From positions 11,617 through 75,616 of the forward strand of contig CAKOOH010000005.1 of the NCBI GenBank assembly GCA_934098485.1: 64,000 nt of DNA, read 5' to 3'. This document shows positions 35,044 to 44,364 of this stretch, piece after piece. A program made the position numbers and the translations under genes. Origin of the DNA: an uncultured Bacilli bacterium (GTDB lineage Bacteria > Bacillota_I > Bacilli_A > RF39 > UBA660). The notes under the pieces were generated by a model, which saw nothing but the letters and a program-made list of their open reading frames with translations, had not been told where the DNA came from and made no database searches. Each line of letters begins with the position of its first letter. The stretch's first letter is position 1.

Positions 35044-36711
35044 ATGGAAAATAAGTTAAAAAAAGGGTTTACCTTAATTGAAATGATTATATCTGTTACT
35101 CTTCTTGCTTTTATTGCCGTTATAATTATGATTAATCTTAATAAAAATATTAAAGACCAAAAAGCTAAAGAGTATGCTGAATTTGTTGAGAAAGTTAAAG
35201 CTGCCGCTAATATTTATATGGCCGCTAATCCTGATTCAGAAGCATTTGCCAAAGACGAAAACGGTTATAATATTATTAGTATTGAACTTTTAGAAGAGTC
35301 TGGGTTATTAAGTGCCGATTCTCTTATTGATCCTGAAACAAATCTTCGTTTAAGTGATGAATCTACCGATGTTTCTAAAAAATATATTAAAATTTATGAT
35401 GATGAAAAATTAGAAAATAATGAAAAATCCGAAGCGACTTTAATTGAATATCCTGCTACAGGAGAAATCAATAAATATATAAGAACTGTAGAATATGAAA
35501 TGAATGGCTTTGGTTCTTGTAACACTCAAAAACCAGTTGTAGGAGAAACTATCAGTATATGTAATCCTACTGATGATAATGCTACCTTTGTTAAATGGTT
35601 TTTAGATAGTGAATTAAGTAGTGAAGGCCCTAATGGTAATGACGAATATAAACCAATGGAAGATGTAAAATTTTATGCTAAATGGTATAAAAACAAAAGT
35701 TCAACTATTAGAACGATGAAGATCGAAAGCGCTACATCTAACCATAATGATTACAAAGTAAAAGTAACTTTAGATATTATCGATGTTTATGGCGGAAAAT
35801 TAAAGGTTTGCATTAATAAAACCAGCAACGTAAATACTTGTCAAAACTGGGAAGAAATTGATTCCGTTAAAGATTCTGTAACAACGTATACCAAAGAAGT
35901 AAATTTACAAAAAATGTTTGGCTATAGTTATAAAACTGGCTCTGGTAAAAGTGCTACATTATATGCTTTTGTTCAAAATGCTGCTTATGATGATGCTGTA
36001 AAAGATAATAGAATTGCAACTAATTTAGTTGCATCAGCAAATAAAACTTATAAAATATATTTATTTTGTAGCGAGTTAACCGTAACAAGCACAGGAAAAT
36101 ATAGCGAATGTTCAGCCAAATGTGGTGGAGGTACTAAAAGTAGAACAAATAAAGTTAAGGACAAATACTATAGTACTTCTTATGTAACATGTGCCGATAA
36201 AACTGAAAAAACTAGTTGCAATACAGAAGGTTGCTGCTCAAAGACCGTTAAACAAGAAGGATTATATGGTGCCTGCTCAGCCGAATGCGGTGGCGGTACT
36301 CAAAGTAGAACCATCACCTATGTATCTGCGTTTGATAGCAGCATACCATGTGGTTCTAAAACTGAAAGTAAAAAATGTAATACCGACGATTGTTGTTCTT
36401 CAGTTTATGCATCATATTCTTATGGAACGTGTTCATCATCATGTGGTGGCGGATGGCAAAATATAACTATAACTTATTATTCATCATTTGACAATCGCTA
36501 TTGTAGTGAAGAAACCACTAATCAGGACTGCAATTCTGGAAGTTGCTGCCCAGATGATTATTATGAATTGTATAGTGATCGTTTTAGTTGTAATCCTGTT
36601 TGTTATACATTAAGACCAGCAGATAATATTTATGAAAATATTCATCATACTTGCCGCGATGGATCGAAGTATAGTGAAGATGGGTATTGTTATTATTATA
36701 TTTGTCCATAA
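35044..36711 (+). CDS. Type IV prepilin-like protein, paralogue 2, with thrombospondin type-1-like repeats
   Basis: MENKLKKG|FTLIEM. The first ~215 residues are almost identical to 31754-33418. The C-terminus has CSAKCGGGTKSR, CSAECGGGTQSR and CSSSCGGGWQN repeats. Confidence 0.7.
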   Translation: MENKLKKGFTLIEMIISVTLLAFIAVIIMINLNKNIKDQKAKEYAEFVEKVKAAANIYMAANPDSEAFAKDENGYNIISIELLEESGLLSADSLIDPETNLRLSDESTDVSKKYIKIYDDEKLENNEKSEATLIEYPATGEINKYIRTVEYEMNGFGSCNTQKPVVGETISICNPTDDNATFVKWFLDSELSSEGPNGNDEYKPMEDVKFYAKWYKNKSSTIRTMKIESATSNHNDYKVKVTLDIIDVYGGKLKVCINKTSNVNTCQNWEEIDSVKDSVTTYTKEVNLQKMFGYSYKTGSGKSATLYAFVQNAAYDDAVKDNRIATNLVASANKTYKIYLFCSELTVTSTGKYSECSAKCGGGTKSRTNKVKDKYYSTSYVTCADKTEKTSCNTEGCCSKTVKQEGLYGACSAECGGGTQSRTITYVSAFDSSIPCGSKTESKKCNTDDCCSSVYASYSYGTCSSSCGGGWQNITITYYSSFDNRYCSEETTNQDCNSGSCCPDDYYELYSDRFSCNPVCYTLRPADNIYENIHHTCRDGSKYSEDGYCYYYICP

Positions 36712-36930
36712 AAGAAATAATAAAATAAATAAAGATTCTATAGAAATAATATGCAGTTTATTATTCCAAGCATGAATTTATAGATGTTACGTTAATTAAG
36801 TAACTCATAAAGTAAATATTAATTAATTTCCAATAATATAAAGAGTGTTAGACAGAATTCTAATGCTTTTTCTTTACATTTATATTAAAAAAACTCTTGT
36901 TTTATTATATAATATTAATAGGTGATAAAA

Positions 36931-38010
36931 ATGCGTGTAATTATAACTGCTGGAGGTACTGGTGGCCATATCTATCCCGCTCTTGCTATTTTAAATAAAA
37001 TTAAAGAAAAAGAACCAAATTCCGAGTTTATCTATATTGGTACTCATAACCGAATGGAGAAAGATATTGTTCCTGCTGCGGGCTACCATTATGAATCTAT
37101 CGAGATTTATGGCTTTAGTAAAACTATGATAAAAAGAGATGTAAAAAATATTTCTTTAATTTATAAAGCCTATAAAAAATGTTTAAAAATAATGAAAGAC
37201 TTTAAACCTGACGTTGTTATCGGCGTTGGTGGTTACGTTACATTTCCTGTTATTATGGCCGCTAATAAATTACATATTAAAACTTTTATTCATGAACAAA
37301 ATAGTATTCCCGGTAAAAGTAATAAAGTTCTTGCCAAAAAGGCTGATCTAATAGGGGTAAGTTTTAAAGACTCTATAAAATACTTTAATCCGGAAAAATG
37401 TAAATTAACCGGTAATCCTTGTGGTGAAAATGCCTTAGATATTAAAGCCGCTAGTAAAACTAAATATCATATGCACGCTAATAAAAAAGGCGTCTTAATT
37501 GTTCAAGGAAGCCTTGGAAGTAATGTAATTAATAATAAAATGAAAGAATTTTTATCTAGTATTGATAATGAAAACTATGAAGTTTTATATGTTACTGGCA
37601 AAGATTATTATGAAGAATTTTCTAAAAATAAATTTAGTAAAAATGTTATAATCGTGCCATACGTTGATAATTTAAGTGCTTTAATAAAAGATATGGACTT
37701 AATTGTTACAAGGGCAGGAGCAAGTATTATAAGTGAAATTATGGCCTTAAGAAAACCAGCAATATTTATACCAAGCCCATATGTTGCTAATAATCATCAG
37801 TATTATAATGCTTTATCAATTAAAGATGCCCATGCTGGTGCCATGATTGAAGAAAAAGATTTAAATAAAGATATATTAAAAAATAAAATAAATGAAATCC
37901 TAAGTGATAAAAAGTTATACGCCGAATATGAAACAAATTTAGCAAAAATGAGTATTGATAATAGTAGTACATATATCTATGAATTATTAAAAGAATTAAT
38001 AAAGAAATAA
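36931..38010 (+). CDS. murG: UDP-N-acetylglucosamine--N-acetylmuramyl-(pentapeptide) pyrophosphoryl-undecaprenol GlcNAc transferase
   Basis: N-terminus MRVIITAGGTGGHIYPALAI (the G-loop of MurG). The ribosome-binding site AGGTGA precedes the ATG at 36931. Confidence 0.9.
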   Translation: MRVIITAGGTGGHIYPALAILNKIKEKEPNSEFIYIGTHNRMEKDIVPAAGYHYESIEIYGFSKTMIKRDVKNISLIYKAYKKCLKIMKDFKPDVVIGVGGYVTFPVIMAANKLHIKTFIHEQNSIPGKSNKVLAKKADLIGVSFKDSIKYFNPEKCKLTGNPCGENALDIKAASKTKYHMHANKKGVLIVQGSLGSNVINNKMKEFLSSIDNENYEVLYVTGKDYYEEFSKNKFSKNVIIVPYVDNLSALIKDMDLIVTRAGASIISEIMALRKPAIFIPSPYVANNHQYYNALSIKDAHAGAMIEEKDLNKDILKNKINEILSDKKLYAEYETNLAKMSIDNSSTYIYELLKELIKK

Positions 38011-38020
38011 GAGGGAAAAT

Positions 38021-38710
38021 ATGGCAAAGAAGAAGAAAAAATTAAATGTTAGAAAATTATTTGTATTTATTCTTTTTCTATACCTTTTTTTTGCGTTTAT
38101 CTATACTTTAATGAAAATGCCTATTAAAAATATTATTATCACCGGAAATACCCTTGTTAAAGACTATGAAGTAATAGAGGCTGCAGATATTAAAGATTAT
38201 CCTGCTATTCTTACTTTAAAAACCAGAAAAATTAAAAGAGAATTAGAAAGTATGCCTCTTATTAAAAGTGCCGAAATTAAACGCAATTTAAAATTCCAAT
38301 TAAAAATAAACATTACTGAAAATAAGATTGTCTGTTTATATAAAAGTACCGATAAATATTTATTAGATGATGGAAGCAGTTTAGATAATAATAAAACTTA
38401 TGAAGGTATTCCTACATTAATTAATTATACCCCTGAAGATATTTTAAAAGAATTTTTAAGTGGACTTGGAACCCTAGATTATGGTACGATAGGGGGAATC
38501 AGTGAAATATCATATAGCCCTGCTGTTAATGAAAAAAATGAAACGATTGATGCTACTAGATTTATTTTAAAAATGAATGATGGCATAATTGTTTATGTAA
38601 ATACGGCAAAAATAAATTTACTTAAACAATATCAAAAAATTTATGCATCCTTAGAAGATAAAAAAGGTATCTTGCATTTAGATAGTGGGGGCTATTTGGA
38701 GGTAAAATAA
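38021..38710 (+). CDS. Cell division protein FtsQ/DivIB-like (N-terminal TM + POTRA-like)
   Basis: Single TM after a Lys-rich N-terminus. Position downstream of murG as in dcw clusters. Confidence 0.65.
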   Translation: MAKKKKKLNVRKLFVFILFLYLFFAFIYTLMKMPIKNIIITGNTLVKDYEVIEAADIKDYPAILTLKTRKIKRELESMPLIKSAEIKRNLKFQLKINITENKIVCLYKSTDKYLLDDGSSLDNNKTYEGIPTLINYTPEDILKEFLSGLGTLDYGTIGGISEISYSPAVNEKNETIDATRFILKMNDGIIVYVNTAKINLLKQYQKIYASLEDKKGILHLDSGGYLEVK

Positions 38711-39291
38711 TGAATTACAATGAAGAAATGAAAAAAATAATTCAAAATAAAAAAGGCCGTAAATTATTATTACATAGTTGTTGCGGTCCTTGTTCATCTA
38801 GTGTTATTGAAAGATTAAAAGATGATTTTGACATTACTGTTTTATATTATAACCCTAATATAGAGCCTTTCGAAGAATATGAAAAACGTAAAAATGAACA
38901 GATGCGCCTATTAGATATTTATCATATTAAACATATGGATATCGATTATTTAAATGAAGAATATAGGAGTAAAGTTATAGGCCATGAAAATGATAAAGAA
39001 AATGGTCCTAGATGCCATTTATGCTATGAATTAAGATTAGAAAAAACGGCTAAACTAGCAAAAGAAAATGGTTTTGATTATTTTTGTACAACTTTAACAG
39101 TAAGTCCTTACAAAAGTAGTCCAGTAATTAATGAAATTGGTTTAAAATTAGAAGAAAAATACCATATTGACTATTTAGTATCAGACTTTAAAAAAGAAGA
39201 AGGCTATAAAAGAAGTATTGAATTATCAAAAGAATATAATTTGTATAGACAAGATTATTGTGGATGCTTATACAGTAAAAATCAAGATTAA
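38710..39291 (+). CDS. queH: Epoxyqueuosine reductase QueH (DUF208)
   Basis: LLLHSCCGPCSS and the later Cys cluster CHLCYELR...CGC are typical of QueH. Confidence 0.8.
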   Translation: MNYNEEMKKIIQNKKGRKLLLHSCCGPCSSSVIERLKDDFDITVLYYNPNIEPFEEYEKRKNEQMRLLDIYHIKHMDIDYLNEEYRSKVIGHENDKENGPRCHLCYELRLEKTAKLAKENGFDYFCTTLTVSPYKSSPVINEIGLKLEEKYHIDYLVSDFKKEEGYKRSIELSKEYNLYRQDYCGCLYSKNQD

Positions 39292-39333
39292 AATTTAGCT
39301 ATTAATTAAAGAGATAATAAAAAGGAGAAACAA

Positions 39334-39756
39334 ATGAAGAAAAATAATGGGTTTACATTAATTGAACTTTTAGCCGTTGTTGTTTTACTAGGAGTTTTAG
39401 TAACAATAGTAGTAACGCAAGGAACAGATATTTTTCATACAACGAAAAATAAAATTAGCAAGATAAATGAAAAAAACTTAAAAGACTCTGCTAGTTCTTT
39501 AGCTGATTCTATTCTTATGTGTGAACTAGATGATAATATATATAATGAATTAAATTTAGACCAAGGTAGTCGCAGCTGTTCTTATTTAAAAAATAAATTA
39601 TTTAATGATGGAGTGGAAGTAAGCGTTGAAAGTCTTAAAAAGTTAGATCTTTTTGAAGATGTATCAAATATTTGTAATGGTAACATGACTATTAAGGCAA
39701 ATGAAAGTGATTATAAATTAACTATTACATTTAATGAAGATTTAATATGCAAGTAG
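39334..39756 (+). CDS. Type IV prepilin/pseudopilin-like protein (MKKNNG|FTLIELLAVVVLLGVL)
   Basis: Class III signal peptide with Glu at +5. 140 aa. Confidence 0.7.
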   Translation: MKKNNGFTLIELLAVVVLLGVLVTIVVTQGTDIFHTTKNKISKINEKNLKDSASSLADSILMCELDDNIYNELNLDQGSRSCSYLKNKLFNDGVEVSVESLKKLDLFEDVSNICNGNMTIKANESDYKLTITFNEDLICK

Positions 39757-39765
39757 GAGGTTAAC

Positions 39766-40743
39766 ATGGGATTATTTAATAAATTTAAAAATCTTTTCAA
39801 AAAAGAAGAAAAAGACGAAGAAGAATTACAAAAATATGATGAAGGGTTAGAGAAGACTCGTAAAGAATTCATATCAAATATTAATATTTTAGGTCATAAA
39901 TATACTAAAGTGACTGATGAATACTTTGATGAATTAGAAGAAACACTAATTAAAGCCGATATTGGTGTTAAAACGGTTATGAATTTTCTTGATAAATTAA
40001 GAAAAAGAGTTAAAGATGAAAAAATTGAAAATACTGAAGATTTAAGAGAAATTATTATTGATGAATTATTTATGATTTATGTTAATGAAGACTCTCTAAC
40101 CGATAAAATAAATATGGCTGAAGAAGGCCCTACGGTTATATTAATGGTTGGTGTTAATGGAGTAGGAAAAACTACCACCATTGGCAAACTAGCAAATAAA
40201 TATCACAAAGAAGGTAAAAAAGTTATGTTAGTTGCTGGTGATACTTTTAGGGCTGGTGCTACTGAGCAGTTAAAAGAGTGGGCTAAGGCAACTGATTCGT
40301 TATTTGTGGGAAAAGAAAATATGGATCCTGCCAGCGTCATTTATGATGGTTTAGAAGAGGCTATTAAGGAAAATGTAGATATTATATTAATTGATACTGC
40401 CGGCAGACTTCAAAATAAAGTAAATCTTATGAATGAACTTGAAAAGATCAATAAAGTAATTGGCAAATTTATACCCGGTGCACCTCATGAAACTCTTTTA
40501 ATAATTGATGCTACTACGGGTCAAAATGGTATAAGTCAGGCTTCTAGTTTTAAAGAAATTACCAATATAACCGGCCTTGTTTTAACTAAATTAGACGGCA
40601 CTGCTAAAGGTGGTATTGTGCTCGCTATTAAAGAAGAAGTAAATTTACCTGTAAAATTCGTTGGTTTAGGCGAAGGCATTGATGATTTAAAATCATTTGA
40701 TATTGAAGAATATATTTATGGTTTATTAAAGGACTTAATGTAA
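39766..40743 (+). CDS. ftsY: Signal recognition particle receptor FtsY
   Basis: NG domain motifs GVNGVGKTTT, DTAGR and TKLDG. Confidence 0.95.
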   Translation: MGLFNKFKNLFKKEEKDEEELQKYDEGLEKTRKEFISNINILGHKYTKVTDEYFDELEETLIKADIGVKTVMNFLDKLRKRVKDEKIENTEDLREIIIDELFMIYVNEDSLTDKINMAEEGPTVILMVGVNGVGKTTTIGKLANKYHKEGKKVMLVAGDTFRAGATEQLKEWAKATDSLFVGKENMDPASVIYDGLEEAIKENVDIILIDTAGRLQNKVNLMNELEKINKVIGKFIPGAPHETLLIIDATTGQNGISQASSFKEITNITGLVLTKLDGTAKGGIVLAIKEEVNLPVKFVGLGEGIDDLKSFDIEEYIYGLLKDLM

Positions 40744-41024
40744 TGGAAGAAATATTATATTATTCTGCTTTATATGATTACTATGGTGGTCTTTTTACAT
40801 CAGTTCAAAAAGAATATTTTGAAGAATATTTCTTTAATAATTTATCCCTTCAAGAAATTGCCGATAACCATCAAATTAGTAAAAATGCCGTAAGTAAATG
40901 TTTAAAAGAAGTAAAAGAAAAACTAAAATTTTATGAAGAAAAACTTCATTTGTTAGAAAATAAAGATAAAATTGAAAAAATTCTTCCCAAAGAAGAATTA
41001 GATAAAATCATTAAATTCATATAA
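40743..41024 (+). CDS. ylxM: YlxM/UPF0122 sigma-70 region-4-like HTH protein
   Basis: LSLQEIADNHQISKNAVSKCLKEVKEKL. It overlaps the ftsY stop (ATGTAATGG). Confidence 0.8.
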   Translation: MEEILYYSALYDYYGGLFTSVQKEYFEEYFFNNLSLQEIADNHQISKNAVSKCLKEVKEKLKFYEEKLHLLENKDKIEKILPKEELDKIIKFI

Positions 41025-41027
41025 AAA

Positions 41028-41459
41028 TTAAACCACTATTTGACGGTTTAATTTTTTTTGGTTTATATAAGCAGTAAAATTAAATATTATAATTGGAATA
41101 AATATCGCAAGTGTACTTATATTATTTATAAAACTATCTTTAATATTAATTGCTAAAATTAATAATACAACCCATAAATAAGAACTTATTAAAATAAATT
41201 TTAGATCCCGGTAATAAAAACCAACTAATTTAAAAGCCGCTATTAAACAAATGCTTAAAATAATCAGTGCCCACCATGTACTTGTGTACATATTTTGAAT
41301 TAATAAAGCTAAATCATTAGTAGTATTAATAACGCTTTCTGCATAATTAAGTCTATCTAAATAATTGAAATAACATAAAAGAAATAGGGCAAGTACATTA
41401 TCACCAATAGTTAAAAAACCGAGTAATTTAGATCTTTTACTAAATATTTTTTTAATCAT
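41028..41459 (-). CDS. Hypothetical membrane protein (4 TM)
   Basis: Hydrophobic profile only. Confidence 0.45.
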   Translation of the reverse strand: MIKKIFSKRSKLLGFLTIGDNVLALFLLCYFNYLDRLNYAESVINTTNDLALLIQNMYTSTWWALIILSICLIAAFKLVGFYYRDLKFILISSYLWVVLLILAINIKDSFINNISTLAIFIPIIIFNFTAYINQKKLNRQIVV

Positions 41460-42329
41460 TTAATCATCACTTTCTATCATTTTTAAAGCATCCGCTATAA
41501 TAAGAGAGCCTCTAGATGCTAGCATATCATATTTTTTCTCATAAAACTTATTATTAAATTTAAAATATGCATAAGTTTTATTATCTTTATAATTTAAATA
41601 AACTCCTAAAAAGTTACGATCGCTATTTAAAATAAATTCTTTATATCTATCTAAATAATCATCAGAAAGCATTTCTAAACCCGTACTTTCAAATTCTATT
41701 TTCTCAAATTTATACTTTTTATATCTAACATTATTAAAAGCAAAAAGTAGATCACTCATATCAGTTTCCCTAAAATACTTCTTAAAATATTCATCAAAAT
41801 CCGTTTTATTAGAAAGACTTAAAATTAAATCTTTTGATTCCTGATTATATCTTGAACTGCGTCCAAAAGCACTATCATCCGCTGCAGCCATCAAAATCAT
41901 CTTTTTTTCATTTTCACTAAAATTATAAGTATCTTTAAATAACTGATATATAACTACTGTCGTTGAAACTAAATTTTTTATTACGGCATTATTAAAATTA
42001 CTACATTTTAAATGATGGTCAATCGCACCAATAACTAGAGTTTCATCATTAATAGATTGCTTAACATCATTATGATCCACTAAAAAATAATGATACTTCC
42101 TTTTTTCCTTTCTTTTTAAAATTACCGGTTTATAACTAGTTACATCACTTACCATTTTTTTAGTTTGCTGTGATAAAATATCATCTTCCCATATACCATA
42201 TGTAGCTTTAATATTCATTTTATTTAAAATATTAGAAACTAGCACACTTGCTAAACAAGAATCAGTATCCGGATTTTTATGTCCTATTATCATAATATTG
42301 TCAGCACTTCTTAATTTCTCAAGATTCAT
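41460..42329 (-). CDS. DHH-family phosphoesterase
   Basis: N-terminal MIIGHKNPDTDSCLAS (DHH motif I-II) and a later DHH-like IGAIDHH. Confidence 0.65.
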   Translation of the reverse strand: MNLEKLRSADNIMIIGHKNPDTDSCLASVLVSNILNKMNIKATYGIWEDDILSQQTKKMVSDVTSYKPVILKRKEKRKYHYFLVDHNDVKQSINDETLVIGAIDHHLKCSNFNNAVIKNLVSTTVVIYQLFKDTYNFSENEKKMILMAAADDSAFGRSSRYNQESKDLILSLSNKTDFDEYFKKYFRETDMSDLLFAFNNVRYKKYKFEKIEFESTGLEMLSDDYLDRYKEFILNSDRNFLGVYLNYKDNKTYAYFKFNNKFYEKKYDMLASRGSLIIADALKMIESDD

Positions 42330-42373
42330 AATTATCCTTTCTAATTTTAAAATAATGCGGAAGAAAAAGCAGA

Positions 42374-43567
42374 TTAGTCATCTGCTAAATTATCAAAATA
42401 ACCAGAAACGTATACAACTGGAGTACCTTTATCACCAGAACCTGATGTTAAATCACATAACGAACCAACTAAATCAGTAATGCGGCGTGGAGTAGTACCA
42501 AGTGATACATTCTTACCAACTAAATTATCTTCCTTCGCTTTAATTTCTTTCTTTATAGCATCCTTAAGTTCATCGCCTTTTAAATCAGCAAACATATTAT
42601 CTGATACATATTTAAGTTTTATTTCATTAGGCGTGCCTTCTAAGCCTTTTGTATAAGCAGGGGATACCACTGGATCAGCAAGTTCCCAAATATGACCAAC
42701 TGGATCTTTAAAAGCACCATCACCATAAACCATAACTTCAATTGTTTTGCCCGTTTTTTCTTTAAGTTTAGTTTGAATTTCATTAACCAAAGTATTTCCT
42801 GTCTTTGGAAATAACTTTAATCTTTCGTCTGTTGATTTATTAGAACCAAGTAATCCAAAATCGGGGTTAAAACCAGAACCATTAACCGGTTTATTTAAAA
42901 CATCTGCTAAAGAATAAACATTTGCTCCCGCTTTTTCTAATAACTTTTTCGTTTTAGCTCTCGTATGAATATCACAAACAAGAACGTCCTTTTCATAATT
43001 TAGAATTTCTAATGGATTATTTGCAAAAACAAATTCTACTTCACAATTTTCTTTATGACAAAAATCTCTATAATAGTCAACCATATTTATTCCTGTAAAT
43101 GGATGAATCCATGAACTAAAATACTCTTTATATTCATCTTCATTAATTGTACTTCCTAAATTAAACTTGCTATTATCTAAAATTTCCTCACTCATAATTC
43201 CATTACCAACTTCATCACTTGGAAAAGAGAGTAACATCGTAATTTTATTCATACTTCTAGCAATACCCTTTAAAATCATTGAAAAACGATTTCTTGATAA
43301 AATAGGGTAAACAACTCCAATTTCTTTATTAGGAAATTTTTCACTTAAATCGGTAACAATATCATCAACTGTCACATAATTTCCTTCACTAATTCCCACA
43401 ACTGCCTCTGTAATTGCGACAATATCTTTATCTTTAAATGAAAAACCTTCATTTTCACTTGCTTTTATTAATGAATCAACCACTATATCGGCAAGATTAT
43501 CTCCTTCTTTAATAATAGGTGTTCTAATTCCTCTTACGGTAGTTCCTACACATCTCATATCATTCAC
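42374..43567 (-). CDS. CofE-like (F420-0:gamma-glutamyl ligase family) protein with a C-terminal extension
   Basis: N-terminus RTPIIKEGDNLADIVV...DKDIVAITEAVVGISEG resembles the CofE ligand-binding fold. Confidence 0.5.
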   Translation of the reverse strand: MNDMRCVGTTVRGIRTPIIKEGDNLADIVVDSLIKASENEGFSFKDKDIVAITEAVVGISEGNYVTVDDIVTDLSEKFPNKEIGVVYPILSRNRFSMILKGIARSMNKITMLLSFPSDEVGNGIMSEEILDNSKFNLGSTINEDEYKEYFSSWIHPFTGINMVDYYRDFCHKENCEVEFVFANNPLEILNYEKDVLVCDIHTRAKTKKLLEKAGANVYSLADVLNKPVNGSGFNPDFGLLGSNKSTDERLKLFPKTGNTLVNEIQTKLKEKTGKTIEVMVYGDGAFKDPVGHIWELADPVVSPAYTKGLEGTPNEIKLKYVSDNMFADLKGDELKDAIKKEIKAKEDNLVGKNVSLGTTPRRITDLVGSLCDLTSGSGDKGTPVVYVSGYFDNLADD

Positions 43568-43632
43568 ATCCTTCTACTATAAATTTTACGATTGTTTAAA
43601 TAATTAGTCAATTTAAAATGTTAAGTAGATGT

Positions 43633-44085
43633 TTAATAATCTAAAGTAAGGAGATGAAAACTATTTTCGGGAATGCTTAAATTTAATTTATCATAAATTC
43701 CTTTAACGTCTAAAAAACTAACGGAATTTGAAAACCATGATAATACATCTCTTGCATTAGATTTTCTTTTTCCAGTAATTCTATTAAGTAAATCTACGGT
43801 ATTTTCATTACTTCTAACAATTTTAAAATGATACTTTTCTAAAACTTCATTAATAAGTAACATAACAATAGGACTTGTAATACTAACTTCTAAATCTCTA
43901 GAAAAAGTCATCATCAAATATGAAATAACCATAAAAGCATCTTTTTCTTCCATGTTTTCGGGAAGAATAAATGTACTAAGTGGCATATCAAATGATTTAT
44001 TATCGGAAAGAAGTTGATAATAATTTAATCTATAACTCTTTATAGTAGGGCTTACTTTTACAAAATTTTTAGGTTTCATAACCAT
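43633..44085 (-). CDS. Hypothetical protein
   Basis: 150-aa ORF with no recognised motif. Confidence 0.4.
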   Translation of the reverse strand: MVMKPKNFVKVSPTIKSYRLNYYQLLSDNKSFDMPLSTFILPENMEEKDAFMVISYLMMTFSRDLEVSITSPIVMLLINEVLEKYHFKIVRSNENTVDLLNRITGKRKSNARDVLSWFSNSVSFLDVKGIYDKLNLSIPENSFHLLTLDY

Positions 44086-44205
44086 CCTTTCTTAATATAA
44101 ATATATTATATGGAAAGTATATTAATTAATAAATAATAATTTTATTTGCAAGAAATGAGCTGGCAACAAAAAACGACTTCTTAAAAAGTCGCTTATAATC
44201 TAAAC

Positions 44206-44281
44206 TGGTGGAGAATAGGAGACTCGAACTCCTGACCCTCACGGTGCAAGCGTGATGCTCTACCAACTGAGCTAATTCCCC
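44206..44281 (-). tRNA. tRNA-Ala (anticodon UGC), CCA encoded
   Basis: The reverse complement GGGGAATTAGCTCAGTTGGTAGAGCATCACGCTTGCACCGTGAGGGTCAGGAGTTCGAGTCTCCTATTCTCCACCA folds as a cloverleaf with the anticodon loop CUUGCAC. Confidence 0.9.
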
Positions 44282-44364
44282 AAAGAACATATTAATTTTA
44301 GCATATGAATATTCTAAAATCAAGTATTCTTTTTTAATTTTGCGTTAATTTTTAATTATTTTTC

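Noticed and set aside
40743-41460. Absence of ffh after ftsY-ylxM, and of pyrH-frr after tsf
   Set aside because: These are real synteny differences from model Firmicutes, but gene order varies across lineages. They are not in themselves evidence of a novel system, beyond marking where accessory genes (the pilin at 39334 and the pilin-TSR cassette) have been accommodated.
44126-44323. 65-aa minus-strand ORF
   Set aside because: It entirely overlaps the tRNA-Ala gene at 44206-44281, so it is spurious.
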